The notes under the pieces were generated by a model, which was not told the origin of the DNA, ran no database searches, and saw nothing but the letters and a program-made list of their open reading frames with translations. Both the position numbers and the translations under genes were made by a program. Below, piece after piece: positions 41,701 to 51,207 of a stretch of DNA of 64,000 nucleotides (position 1 is its first letter; every line of letters begins with the position of its first letter). This DNA comes from Desulfomonilia bacterium (lineage in GTDB: Bacteria; Desulfobacterota; Desulfomonilia; UBA1062): the NCBI GenBank assembly GCA_963664325.2, contig CAXXDQ010000004.1:64001-128000 (forward strand). The letters run 5' to 3'.

Positions 41701-42999
41701 CTATTCCAGGATTTCAACTTCCACTTTTTCCGTCTTGGCGTAATCTCTGTTGTACCAGAATGAGCCGATGAAAAACATCACACCTGCTATCAGTGAAAAT
41801 ATCGGCAGAAATTTCAATGCGGTCACAAGGTCGAATCTATCGGACATGACACCTATGAATATGGGGCCCAGAGCGCTTCCCAACAGATGCTGAACGATTA
41901 CACACAGGGAATACGATGTCGCGCGCAATCCCGGATGGACGACGTCCTGCGTGATCGCAACAGCGGCAGGGACAAAAGCCGATCCCGCCATGCCTGCAAA
42001 AAGCAGTACCGGATATTCCAGGTTATCCCTCACTACGCTGAAGGCTATGAAAAGGGTAGCAGCCGTTACGACTGAAGACGCCGCGCAAAACAGCGGTCTG
42101 GCGTTTTTCCTTTTCTTAAGCCAGCGGTCTGCAAGAAACCCTCCCAGAGGAGTCCCTATGACGGCAAGGAGTAGTACCAAGGCGCCTTTGGAGCCTGCCT
42201 TTGCCATCGAAAGCCCTTCAAGCCTGTGATAGTATGTGGGAAGCCAGCTGATAAGAGATGTTGTCACAAAAACGCTCCCGGCAAATCCAAGATAGGTGAA
42301 TATGAGCGAAGGCTTATGTATAAAATCACGGCTGACTTCTCTAAAACCCATTGACACTTTTTCGCCGGGTTCTGTTGTTTTATAAAGATCAACGGTCTTG
42401 TAATCCCTGATCCTGAAGAAAAGCAGCGCCACGATAACCCCGGGAATTGCCAGCCATCCGAACGCATGCCGCCAGCCGAAATGGTCGGCAATGAGACCTC
42501 CTCCGATAATTCCCAGAACGCTGCCAAGGGGAATGGAGGCATTCCATAAGCCCATTGCAAATGCCCGCTTGTTTTCAGGGAAGGCCGCTGAAATCATGGC
42601 TGTTCCGCCGGGAGCATATCCCGCTTCACCGATACCGACAGCCGTTCTGGTGACAAAAAGCTGGGAAAAACTGCCGGTAAAAGCGCAGGCCGCCGTAGCG
42701 GCGCTCCATAAAAGAGCCATAATTCCTATTGATTTTTTCCTGCTCCAGCGGTCGACAAGCAGAGCTATCGGAAAAGTGAAAATTATGATCGCCCAATAAA
42801 CTGCTGATACGAATAGTCCGCACTGGGTATCGGTAAGCGACCATTCTTCTTTTAAAAACGGGAACAGCGATACGATGACCTGCCTGTCCATGTAATTGAA
42901 CATGTAGAGCAGGAACAGAAGGAAAAACACATACCATGCATAACGTTTTGAAACGAGATAACCCTGTTCGTCCTTCATCTTTCCCTCCAGCCTGATCAA
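41701..42999 (-). CDS. MFS transporter (Spinster-like)
   Basis: NYMDRQ, LVDRWSRK, RTAVGIGEA, about 12 TM segments. Confidence 0.92.
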   Translation of the reverse strand: MIRLEGKMKDEQGYLVSKRYAWYVFFLLFLLYMFNYMDRQVIVSLFPFLKEEWSLTDTQCGLFVSAVYWAIIIFTFPIALLVDRWSRKKSIGIMALLWSAATAACAFTGSFSQLFVTRTAVGIGEAGYAPGGTAMISAAFPENKRAFAMGLWNASIPLGSVLGIIGGGLIADHFGWRHAFGWLAIPGVIVALLFFRIRDYKTVDLYKTTEPGEKVSMGFREVSRDFIHKPSLIFTYLGFAGSVFVTTSLISWLPTYYHRLEGLSMAKAGSKGALVLLLAVIGTPLGGFLADRWLKKRKNARPLFCAASSVVTAATLFIAFSVVRDNLEYPVLLFAGMAGSAFVPAAVAITQDVVHPGLRATSYSLCVIVQHLLGSALGPIFIGVMSDRFDLVTALKFLPIFSLIAGVMFFIGSFWYNRDYAKTEKVEVEILE

Positions 43000-43058
43000 G
43001 GACGCAACAACCCGCGTCCCTTATGATATCCTTATATGTCCATGAGACATCAGCTTTC

Positions 43059-44753
43059 TTATGCCTTATACGCCCCCATGTTAGCCAGAGCTATGCTTCC
43101 CGGGCTGATCGGGGCCGGGTCTGTCATGACATTTATGCAGCAGGTCTTGCCCGAGGCAAAGGCCTTTTCAATCGCGGGCCTTACATCTTCTATTTTTTCC
43201 ACAAGAAGGCCCAGGCCCCCTATCGCCTCGACCATCTTCTGGTATTCGACAGGACCGATTTCCGTGCCGCAAGCGATTGCATGTCCCATCCTGAGCTGCT
43301 GGGAATGCCTTATCATGCCCCACCCGAGGTCGTTGTTGATAACTACAACCGTAGGCAGGCATTTTCTTATTGCGGTCTCGAACTCCATGAAATTAAAACC
43401 GACCGAGCCGTCGCCGATAACAAGAAGCACCCTTTTATCCGGGTTAAGGAGTTTTGCAGCATTCGCGTAAGGTATTCCAACGCCGAGACAGCCGTACAGA
43501 CCGCTGTCCATGTAATGGCCGGACTTTTTCACTGTCCGTGTCATTCCCATCCAGACCTGGGTATCGCCTCCGTCTGCAATCACGATATCATCTTCCCTGT
43601 TCATGATGGTGTTTATCTCTTTCATCAGCCTTATGGGATGAATAGGGGTGCCGGAGCTTTCCCAGCTTTCCTTTGCACTTGATTTGCCTGCAATATCAGC
43701 TTCTTTCAAAGTATCAACCCAGGTCTTGAATTTTTTCTGCATCCCCGGCGCAAAGGCTTTGGAATCAATGGCCTTGATGCACTCGCCGAGAAAGGCCTTT
43801 ACATCGCTCACGATGCCTAGATCCACCGAGCGGTTGCGGCCTATCTCCTCTGCTTCTATATCCACGTGCACTATCCTGGCGGCAGCGGGGAAGACATCGC
43901 CGAACAGATAATACAGGCTTATCCTCGATCCCAGGAGTATCACAAGGTCTGTGGATGCGTTGGCCACAAACGCCGCCCCGGGCCGGATAGCAAGTGCGCC
44001 CTCGAAACACAGTTCATGCGTGTCGGGCAGCACTCCCCTGCCTGAATTTATCGTCATGACGGGGATGCCGGTCTTTTCGGCAAAGGCCTTTAATTCCGCT
44101 TCCGCTCCCGAATACCAGGCCCCGCTCCCGGCTATTACTACAGGCCTTTCCGAGGCAAGGATCATATCAAGGAATTTAGGTATGTTTTCCGTATCGACCG
44201 GCCTTGAAACAGGCAGGGATTTTGTCTTTTTAACCCTGTCCACGCTGACAGGCGTGTTGAGCACGTCGACAGGCAGTTCAAGGTAGACGGGCCCCGGTCT
44301 TCCGGAGATTGCAGTCCGGTATGCCAGGTCAATGAATTCTGGTATGCGTTCGGCCTTCTGGCATAAAAAAGCCTTTTTCACTATTGGCTCTATGACGGGA
44401 AACTGTCTCATATCCTGCAGATCCAGCTTCTCGCAGCTCTCTATGCCTACGCAGCCTGAGATAAGAACCAATGGTGAATTGGCAAGTTTCGCATTGGCAA
44501 TTGACGACAGAGCATTCGTAAAACCGGGGCCCGCTGTCACCATTGCGATCCCGGGCTTTTTTGTCAGGCGCCCCATAGCCTCCGCCATAAAGCATGCTGC
44601 CTGCTCGTGGCGCGTATCAAACAGTTTTACGTTCGAGCCTTCAAGGTACTGGTATATCGGTGTGATATGCCCTCCGGATATTGTGAAGATATATTCTATC
44701 CCGAGATCGATTAGTGCGTCCGCAGCAAGTTTTCCTCCTATTACTGTTTCCAT
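43059..44753 (-). CDS. Thiamine-diphosphate enzyme (2-hydroxyacyl-CoA lyase/IlvB-like superfamily)
   Basis: TRHEQAA, TAGPGFTN, GCLGVG, GDG..(x24)..NN ThDP motif. Confidence 0.88.
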   Translation of the reverse strand: METVIGGKLAADALIDLGIEYIFTISGGHITPIYQYLEGSNVKLFDTRHEQAACFMAEAMGRLTKKPGIAMVTAGPGFTNALSSIANAKLANSPLVLISGCVGIESCEKLDLQDMRQFPVIEPIVKKAFLCQKAERIPEFIDLAYRTAISGRPGPVYLELPVDVLNTPVSVDRVKKTKSLPVSRPVDTENIPKFLDMILASERPVVIAGSGAWYSGAEAELKAFAEKTGIPVMTINSGRGVLPDTHELCFEGALAIRPGAAFVANASTDLVILLGSRISLYYLFGDVFPAAARIVHVDIEAEEIGRNRSVDLGIVSDVKAFLGECIKAIDSKAFAPGMQKKFKTWVDTLKEADIAGKSSAKESWESSGTPIHPIRLMKEINTIMNREDDIVIADGGDTQVWMGMTRTVKKSGHYMDSGLYGCLGVGIPYANAAKLLNPDKRVLLVIGDGSVGFNFMEFETAIRKCLPTVVVINNDLGWGMIRHSQQLRMGHAIACGTEIGPVEYQKMVEAIGGLGLLVEKIEDVRPAIEKAFASGKTCCINVMTDPAPISPGSIALANMGAYKA

Positions 44754-44770
44754 GATTTTTATTTACCTCC

Positions 44771-45601
44771 TTAGAGTTCGATCAGTTGTCCGCCGGTAAT
44801 GTTTATAGCCTGGCCGGTCATATATGATGACTCGGAAGATGCCAGAAATGCGGCCAGATTCGCTACATCAGACGGTTCCCCTATTCTTGCCATCGGTATG
44901 GTCTTTATCATCTCCTGCCTCCTTTCTTCCACAGTGGAGCCGAAAAATTTCGCCTCCAGCTCAAAGCGCCAGTGTTCCAGGTCAGTGCCGATCTGCCCCG
45001 GAGCTATGGCATTTACACGGATATTCGGGGCAAGTTCTTTGGCCATTATCTTCGTCTGCATGATCAAGCCGGACTTTGCCACGGCATAAGCGCCGTTGAA
45101 TATCGGCGGCACCTTGCCCGCCCGTGAGGCCATGTTGATTATGCTTGATCCGGGCGGCATCATTGGGATTATCGCTCTCGACACCCTGAAAGCGCCGTGG
45201 AGGTTGACATCGATTGTCTTCATCCAGGCCGATTCATCGTAATAGAGGAAGGAATTGGGCACACCGAATGAAGCTCCGGCGTTGTTTACAAGGACATCAA
45301 CCTTGCCGAATCTTATTTTTACGGCCTCGGCCATTGCCTTGATCGTTTCTCCATTTGTTACATCGACATCAACGGGCAGCGTATCGATGCTGAAGCGTCC
45401 CTTCAGTTCGGATGCAATGTCTGTCATCTCATTCTCGGTGCCGGTTTTTACTTCACCTTGTGTTTTGGCAAGCAGGCCCAGATCGGCAATGATAATGTTC
45501 GCACCACATGAGGCAAGCTTTTCGGCGATTGCGTAACCTATTCCGGATTTTTTACCCGAACCTGTTATGAGAGCCGTTTTTCCTGACAGATCGTTGTACA
45601 A
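44771..45601 (-). CDS. Short-chain dehydrogenase/reductase
   Basis: TGSGKKSGIG, VNNAG, YAVAK, RVNAIAPG, ITGG. Confidence 0.92.
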   Translation of the reverse strand: MYNDLSGKTALITGSGKKSGIGYAIAEKLASCGANIIIADLGLLAKTQGEVKTGTENEMTDIASELKGRFSIDTLPVDVDVTNGETIKAMAEAVKIRFGKVDVLVNNAGASFGVPNSFLYYDESAWMKTIDVNLHGAFRVSRAIIPMMPPGSSIINMASRAGKVPPIFNGAYAVAKSGLIMQTKIMAKELAPNIRVNAIAPGQIGTDLEHWRFELEAKFFGSTVEERRQEMIKTIPMARIGEPSDVANLAAFLASSESSYMTGQAINITGGQLIEL

Positions 45602-45686
45602 TTGAAACCTCCCATTAACGTTTGGATTATTTGAGGCGAAGCTGATGGTATCTTCTTTAAAGCATGGACGTCAATAAAAAGCTTGA

Positions 45687-46361
45687 TCAGCTCTCGGACA
45701 ATTTCTTTTTCAGCAGCAAGTCTGCATCAGATGCCCTGACATAAACAGGGTTGATATCATTAACGGCAGTTGCACTGTTTAAAGCAAGTCTTCCGATAAC
45801 CGAGGCCTTTGGATACCACAGGTCCCTGTCCGCGGCCTGATACAAACTGCCAAGGCATTTTCTGAATACTTCATCATAAAGCCCCACAGCATTTCCTGCG
45901 AACAGGGCCGGTTCGGTTATCATGCCTTTAACCTGAGCCGGTTCGATATTGACTTGCGGAGACAGTCTGAGCCTGTTTTTGTCATACAATGCACAGAAAA
46001 TTTCACCCTTTCTGGCATCCAGGACCGGCATTATATGAATGTCAGATTCCGGCACATTCGCTGCAACGGCATCCAGGGTGCTGACGCCCCGGATTTCACA
46101 TTTTACGGCTGCCGCCAGACCTCTGGCTGTAGAAATACCGATGCGGATGCCCGTGAAAGAACCCGGTCCCAGACCGGCTGCAATAAGGTTAATATCTTTT
46201 TTCCTTATGCCCGAGTCGTTGAGCACATTATCAATGAGTTTAAGTATTGTTCCCGAATGCCCGGCCTTTACCTTCTGGCTTGTCTCTATGAGGACTTCCC
46301 CATCCTTCAGCACGGCTACCGAGCAGGTATCGGTTGAGGTGTCAATTGCCAGGATATGCAT
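45687..46361 (-). CDS. tsaB: tRNA threonylcarbamoyladenosine biosynthesis protein TsaB
   Basis: LAIDTST, GPGSFTGIRIG, DARKGE, PVYVR. Confidence 0.95.
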   Translation of the reverse strand: MHILAIDTSTDTCSVAVLKDGEVLIETSQKVKAGHSGTILKLIDNVLNDSGIRKKDINLIAAGLGPGSFTGIRIGISTARGLAAAVKCEIRGVSTLDAVAANVPESDIHIMPVLDARKGEIFCALYDKNRLRLSPQVNIEPAQVKGMITEPALFAGNAVGLYDEVFRKCLGSLYQAADRDLWYPKASVIGRLALNSATAVNDINPVYVRASDADLLLKKKLSES

Positions 46362-46363
46362 GG

Positions 46364-47443
46364 TTATTTGCCTGTAAATATCCTGGCAATATCGTTGTAA
46401 AAAGCAAAGAGCATCAGGAGAATCAGAAGAAAGAGCCCTATCTGCTGGGCGATCTCCTTAGGCCTGTCTTTCAAAGGACGTCTTATAATGCCTTCGATAA
46501 GGAATATCAGGATATATCCGCCGTCAAGAACCGGTATGGGCAGTATGTTTATAATGGCCAGATTTATGCTTATGAATGCAATAAGCCCGACAAACGGCAA
46601 CAGTCCCGCCTTAAAAGATTTCCCTGAAACCTGAGCAATCATGATGGGCCCGCCGAGGCTTTCCCTGATAGGAATTGTACCCTCGATAATTTTGGAAAAT
46701 GCGATTCCGGTCATTTTAACGACCCACCAGCACTGATTCAGGCCGTATCCGAGTCCTGATACAGGACCATAGCGTGTAATGAACGTCTCACCGGAAGGGG
46801 ATATGCCGATTAAAGGGCGGTTGATCTCTTCCCCGAACAAATTTTTTGCCTTTGTCATCCTGGGCTTGACTTCCACCCTGAATTGAATGCCCGTACGCTC
46901 AATGATAATATCAAGCCTGCCGGTCATGTTCTTCAGCATGATCGACGGAATATCTTCCCACTCCCTGACCGGACTTGAATTAATGGAGATTATTCTGTCG
47001 CCTTTCATCAATCCAGCATCATATGCAGGGGTCTTGCCCTGAACCTCGCCTATAACCGGTGAAAGAGTCGGTATGCCGATCCAGGAAACGAGGACATAGA
47101 TCAGGAACGCCAGGACAAGGTTGAAGACAGGCCCCGCTGCAACAATCGCCGCCTTGATCCTGAGCGGTTTTGCCTCGAACGAACGCGACGGGTCGGCGGA
47201 TATTATCATTTCATTGCCGTTTTGTTTCCCCTCCCCCAGCATCTTTACGTAACCGCCCAGGGGGAAAGCGGATATCATGTATTCCGTTTCGCCGATCTTC
47301 TTCTTGATCAGCGCAGGGCCAAAACCGAGCGAAAATTTCAGCACCATCACGCCGCTTGCCTTGGCCACAAGGAAATGGCCGAGTTCATGGAAAAATATCA
47401 GTATCCCTAGCAAAATAATAAAAGCCAGTATGGTCGTTATCAT
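46364..47443 (-). CDS. rseP: RIP metalloprotease RseP
   Basis: HELGH, PLGGYVKM, AGPVFN, PDZ domain, NILPIPVLDGG. Confidence 0.96.
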   Translation of the reverse strand: MITTILAFIILLGILIFFHELGHFLVAKASGVMVLKFSLGFGPALIKKKIGETEYMISAFPLGGYVKMLGEGKQNGNEMIISADPSRSFEAKPLRIKAAIVAAGPVFNLVLAFLIYVLVSWIGIPTLSPVIGEVQGKTPAYDAGLMKGDRIISINSSPVREWEDIPSIMLKNMTGRLDIIIERTGIQFRVEVKPRMTKAKNLFGEEINRPLIGISPSGETFITRYGPVSGLGYGLNQCWWVVKMTGIAFSKIIEGTIPIRESLGGPIMIAQVSGKSFKAGLLPFVGLIAFISINLAIINILPIPVLDGGYILIFLIEGIIRRPLKDRPKEIAQQIGLFLLILLMLFAFYNDIARIFTGK

Positions 47444-48561
47444 ATCAGATCCTTTGCTGTTAATCTTGTTTTCCTGTCGAGTTCAATGAGTTCTTCGATT
47501 GTATCCGCCTTTTCCCCGGAGAGCTTTTCCATTGTCCTTTCAACAATATCGGTTATCCTGTCAAATGACAGATTCCTTTTTAAAAACTGATCGACGGCAA
47601 CCTCATCGGCGGCGTTCATTATACAAGGCATGGTGTCCGGTTTTTTCAGCGCATTGTGCGCAAGGCGAAAGGCTCTGAACTTGACCTCGTCAGGCTTAGA
47701 AAATTCCAGCGACATTGTATTATGGAAGTCAAAGCGCGGCAGATCAAGCCTCAGTCTTTCAGGCCATGCCAGGGCATAAGCAATGGGAACCCTCATATCA
47801 GGGATGCCGAACTGCGCCTTGAAAGAGGAGTCTTTGAACTGGACAACTGAATGGACTATGCTCGCAGGGTGTATCCACACATCGATTTTTTCTCCCGGTA
47901 TGTCGAAAAGCCAGCTCGCTTCAATAATCTCAAGGGCTTTGTTCATCATTGTTGCAGAGTCTATGGTGATTCTCTGTCCCATGCTCCAGGTCGGATGCTT
48001 CAATGCTTCTTCCGGCGTGATTGAAGCAAACGTCTCTTTGGGCCTGTCTTTGAAAGGGCCGCCGGATGCGGTCAGTATTATCTTTTCAACATCTTCTCTT
48101 CTCTCTCCCTGCAGACACTGGAAAATGGCCGAATGCTCGGAGTCAACCGGGATTATCTTCGCTCCATATTTTCTTGCAGCGGCTTTTACAAATTTTCCGC
48201 CAACGACCAGGGATTCCTTGTTTGCCAGTGCAAGCTTAACGCCTCTTTTCAGGGCTTCCAGGGAAGGCAGGAATCCGGCGGCCCCGGATATCCCGTTCAG
48301 GACTATATCGGGAGATGTTTTCCTGATGAGGTTTATCGCGGCATCACGCCCCTTGATTATATACTTAAAACTTGTATCAGTCGTCTCATCGGTTATGGCT
48401 ATGTCCTCAACACCGAAGAGCCGCGCCTGGTCCGCAAGCTCAATCGAACTTTTTCTCGCGCACAGACCGACGACCTTGAACCTGTCAGGATTTGACCTGA
48501 TCACATCAAGTGCGGATTTTCCAATGGAGCCTGTCGATCCCAGAATTACGATTTTTTCCAT
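47440..48561 (-). CDS. dxr: 1-deoxy-D-xylulose-5-phosphate reductoisomerase
   Basis: LGSTGSIG, LANKES, PVDSEH, HPTWSMG, IDSATMMNK. Confidence 0.97.
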   Translation of the reverse strand: MEKIVILGSTGSIGKSALDVIRSNPDRFKVVGLCARKSSIELADQARLFGVEDIAITDETTDTSFKYIIKGRDAAINLIRKTSPDIVLNGISGAAGFLPSLEALKRGVKLALANKESLVVGGKFVKAAARKYGAKIIPVDSEHSAIFQCLQGERREDVEKIILTASGGPFKDRPKETFASITPEEALKHPTWSMGQRITIDSATMMNKALEIIEASWLFDIPGEKIDVWIHPASIVHSVVQFKDSSFKAQFGIPDMRVPIAYALAWPERLRLDLPRFDFHNTMSLEFSKPDEVKFRAFRLAHNALKKPDTMPCIMNAADEVAVDQFLKRNLSFDRITDIVERTMEKLSGEKADTIEELIELDRKTRLTAKDLI

Positions 48562-48570
48562 TTTTATAAT

Positions 48571-49404
48571 TCAGACGATAAAGGTTAAGATTATATATAA
48601 AGCCGCACCGACCGGGATGACGCCATCCATGCGGTCGAGCATTCCGCCGTGCCCCGGGATGACATTGCCGAAATCCTTGATTCCGAACTCGCGCTTGAAC
48701 ATCGATGCGGTGAGGTCGCCTGCCAGATCAAGCAAGGCAACCGCAAAGCTGAGCATGATAAAGAGCCAGACCGGATAGTTTCTGATTAAAGGCTCCATCA
48801 TCGAAAACTCATTGCTCATTTTCTGATAAGCAAACCCCAGTACAAGCCCGAATACGATACCAGCAGCTATCCCGCCGATCAGCCCCTCGACAGTTTTCTT
48901 GGGGCTCAGGCGCGGTGACAGCTTATGCCTGCCAAGGTACTTCCCAGCAAAATATGCGCCCCCGTCGGCAATAAATGTGCATACAAGTCCGAATATCATC
49001 CAGAATCTGCCGTCCGGTGCATTCCTTAAAAGAACCCAGAAAGAAAAAAACCCAATGGGATAGACAATTCCGGAAAGTGCCATTGCAACATCCCGGCCTG
49101 TCGCCATATCTTTTTCAAACAGATAGAGCCCTGCAATAATAATGGATAAGGCAAGGCCTGCACTGAGAAGGAACAGCAGAACGAAGTTTGCCTGATATGA
49201 ATACCAGAGAAATCCCTCGGTGCCTGCCATCAGGATGTAACCGAGGGCCGAAGCGCTTTTTGAAAGCGTTGAGTGCATGAGTTCATATACACACCAGGGC
49301 ACGACAATCATCGCGAAAACAAGAAGAACCCATGCCGGGCCGAATGCAACCGGCAAAGCCAGGACTACGATCATTACCAGGGCACTTAAAAGTCTAGTGA
49401 TCAT
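48571..49404 (-). CDS. cdsA: Phosphatidate cytidylyltransferase (copy adjacent to dxr)
   Basis: SPKKTVEG, SMFKREFGIKDFG..PGHGGMLDRMD. Confidence 0.92.
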   Translation of the reverse strand: MITRLLSALVMIVVLALPVAFGPAWVLLVFAMIVVPWCVYELMHSTLSKSASALGYILMAGTEGFLWYSYQANFVLLFLLSAGLALSIIIAGLYLFEKDMATGRDVAMALSGIVYPIGFFSFWVLLRNAPDGRFWMIFGLVCTFIADGGAYFAGKYLGRHKLSPRLSPKKTVEGLIGGIAAGIVFGLVLGFAYQKMSNEFSMMEPLIRNYPVWLFIMLSFAVALLDLAGDLTASMFKREFGIKDFGNVIPGHGGMLDRMDGVIPVGAALYIILTFIV

Positions 49405-49540
49405 TATTTACCTTCTATCCGTTCGCCTGCCATCCCATTTTCGGGGCGGCAAAGTCTTTTACAATCTTGCCGACCGCCCTTAATATTCCGTCCCTGCCGC
49501 CGTAATTCAGCGCGATGTTGAGGATTACGATCTTTTCCAT
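49405..49540 (-). pseudogene. Chimeric dxr'-'uppS remnant (duplication/recombination junction)
   Basis: Reads MEKIVIL (dxr N-terminus) fused in frame to NIALNYGGRDGILRA (uppS internal), then GMAGERIEGK* in another frame (compare uppS C-terminus GMTSEQVES*). Confidence 0.8.
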
Positions 49541-49541
49541 C

Positions 49542-50375
49542 TCAGGTTATGAAGTTCAGAATTATGTAGAGAGAGGCGCCCACCGTTATGCCGCTGTCCA
49601 TCCTGTCGAGCATCCCGCCGTGTCCTGGGATGACGTTGCCGAAGTTCTTAATCCCGAACTCCCTTTTGTACATTGATGCGGTCAGGTCTCCGGCAAGGCC
49701 GAGAAGCGCTATCGCGAATCCAAGCACGATGTAAAGCCATACGGGATACGTCCTTATCAAGGGCTCCCATAACGTCGTCAGTTGTGAGACTTTCGCATAG
49801 CACAGCGCAAAGATGAAGCCGAACACTATGCTTGCGGCTATGCCGCCTGCAAGGCCCTCTAGCGTCTTCTCGGGACTCAGGTTCGGGCTGAGCTTGTGCC
49901 TGCCGAGCGACCTCCCGGCGAAATATGCGCCGCCGTCGGCAATAAAGGTGCACACAATGCCGAATATCAACCAGAACCTGCCGTCAGGCGCGTACCTGAG
50001 CAGCACAACGAAGCTGCAAAGCCCTGCCGGATATACCAGCCCTGAAAGGGCTACGGCAACATCCCTGCCTGTCGCCCACCTTTTTTCGTAAAGGTAGAGC
50101 CCGGCAATAATTATCGAGAGAGCGGTGCATGTGCTGACCATGAAGAGCAGCATGAAGTTTCCCTGATGAGCATACCAAAGTAATCCCTCGCTTCCCGCCA
50201 TCAGGATGTAGCCGAGAACATGCGCGGTTTTAGACAACGTTGCCTTTATGAGTTCGAATGCGCACCAAGGGACAACGACCATTGCAAACACAAGCAGCAC
50301 CCATGCCGGGCCGAATGCCACGGGTAAGGCCAGAACAATAACCAGAACCAGCGCGCTCAATAGTCTTGTCAACAT
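49542..50375 (-). CDS. cdsA: Phosphatidate cytidylyltransferase paralog (copy adjacent to uppS)
   Basis: Same length as the other copy (277 aa), 47 of the first 60 residues identical; SMYKREFGIKNFG..PGHGGMLDRMD. Confidence 0.88.
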   Translation of the reverse strand: MLTRLLSALVLVIVLALPVAFGPAWVLLVFAMVVVPWCAFELIKATLSKTAHVLGYILMAGSEGLLWYAHQGNFMLLFMVSTCTALSIIIAGLYLYEKRWATGRDVAVALSGLVYPAGLCSFVVLLRYAPDGRFWLIFGIVCTFIADGGAYFAGRSLGRHKLSPNLSPEKTLEGLAGGIAASIVFGFIFALCYAKVSQLTTLWEPLIRTYPVWLYIVLGFAIALLGLAGDLTASMYKREFGIKNFGNVIPGHGGMLDRMDSGITVGASLYIILNFIT

Positions 50376-50377
50376 CG

Positions 50378-51079
50378 CTAGCTTTCCACCTGTTCACTCG
50401 TCATGCCGTAGCGGCGCTGCCGCGTTGCGAACCAGCCTATTGCATCATCCAGTGCCTTGCCGTCAAAGTCCGGCCACAGGATGTCGGTAAAATATATTTC
50501 AGTATAGGCAATCTGCCAGAGCATGAAATTGCTTATACGCCATTCTCCGCCTGTTCTTATCAGAAGGTCCGGGTCAGGGATTCCCGAGGTATCCAGGTAT
50601 TTTCTAAAACCATCCTCGTCGATGGGGCCTGATCTCTCTTTTATAGCTGCGTTTAGCGCCCTTACGATTTCATCCCTTCCGCCGTAGTTCAGGGCGATAT
50701 TCAGGAAGACCGCTGCGTTTGTTTTTGTAAGCTCGATTGTATGCCTTATCTTGGCCTGAAGCCGGTCGGACAGTTTCGATATGTCCCCTATCACATTGAA
50801 GTTTACCCCGGTTTCCTTCAGACGGCCGACCTCCTCATCAATGAAGCGGTCAAGCAGTTTCCACAGGCCTTCAACTTCTTCGACGGGCCGCCGCCAGTTT
50901 TCAGATGAAAAAGCATAGATTGTCAGGTATTTGATTCTCCGGTCCTTGACCAGTTCGACGATCTTTCTTGTTGCGCGCGCGCCGGCCTCATGGCCTGATA
51001 GTCTGGGAAGTCCCCTTTTTTGAGCCCATCTGCCGTTGCCGTCCATTATTATTGCGACATGCTTTAGGCTGTTCTGCAT
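50378..51079 (-). CDS. uppS: Undecaprenyl diphosphate synthase
   Basis: IIMDGNGRWA, FSSENWRRP, NYGGRDE, IRTGGEWRISNF. Confidence 0.97.
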   Translation of the reverse strand: MQNSLKHVAIIMDGNGRWAQKRGLPRLSGHEAGARATRKIVELVKDRRIKYLTIYAFSSENWRRPVEEVEGLWKLLDRFIDEEVGRLKETGVNFNVIGDISKLSDRLQAKIRHTIELTKTNAAVFLNIALNYGGRDEIVRALNAAIKERSGPIDEDGFRKYLDTSGIPDPDLLIRTGGEWRISNFMLWQIAYTEIYFTDILWPDFDGKALDDAIGWFATRQRRYGMTSEQVES

Positions 51080-51207
51080 AGGAATCCGTTAACACAGTGT
51101 GGTTTTAATCAGCAAGCCTTAATGTAAAGCATTTGTTCAATTGACTGTACGGACAAGATTATTAATAATGTGCATCAGGAACAGAAATAATATCAGGGAG
51201 GTATATC

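Noticed and set aside
47783-48778. 331-aa plus-strand ORF
   Set aside because: Antisense shadow of dxr/cdsA with no recognisable motifs. The many other antisense ORFs over arg, dap, his, opp and pepD genes were rejected for the same reason.
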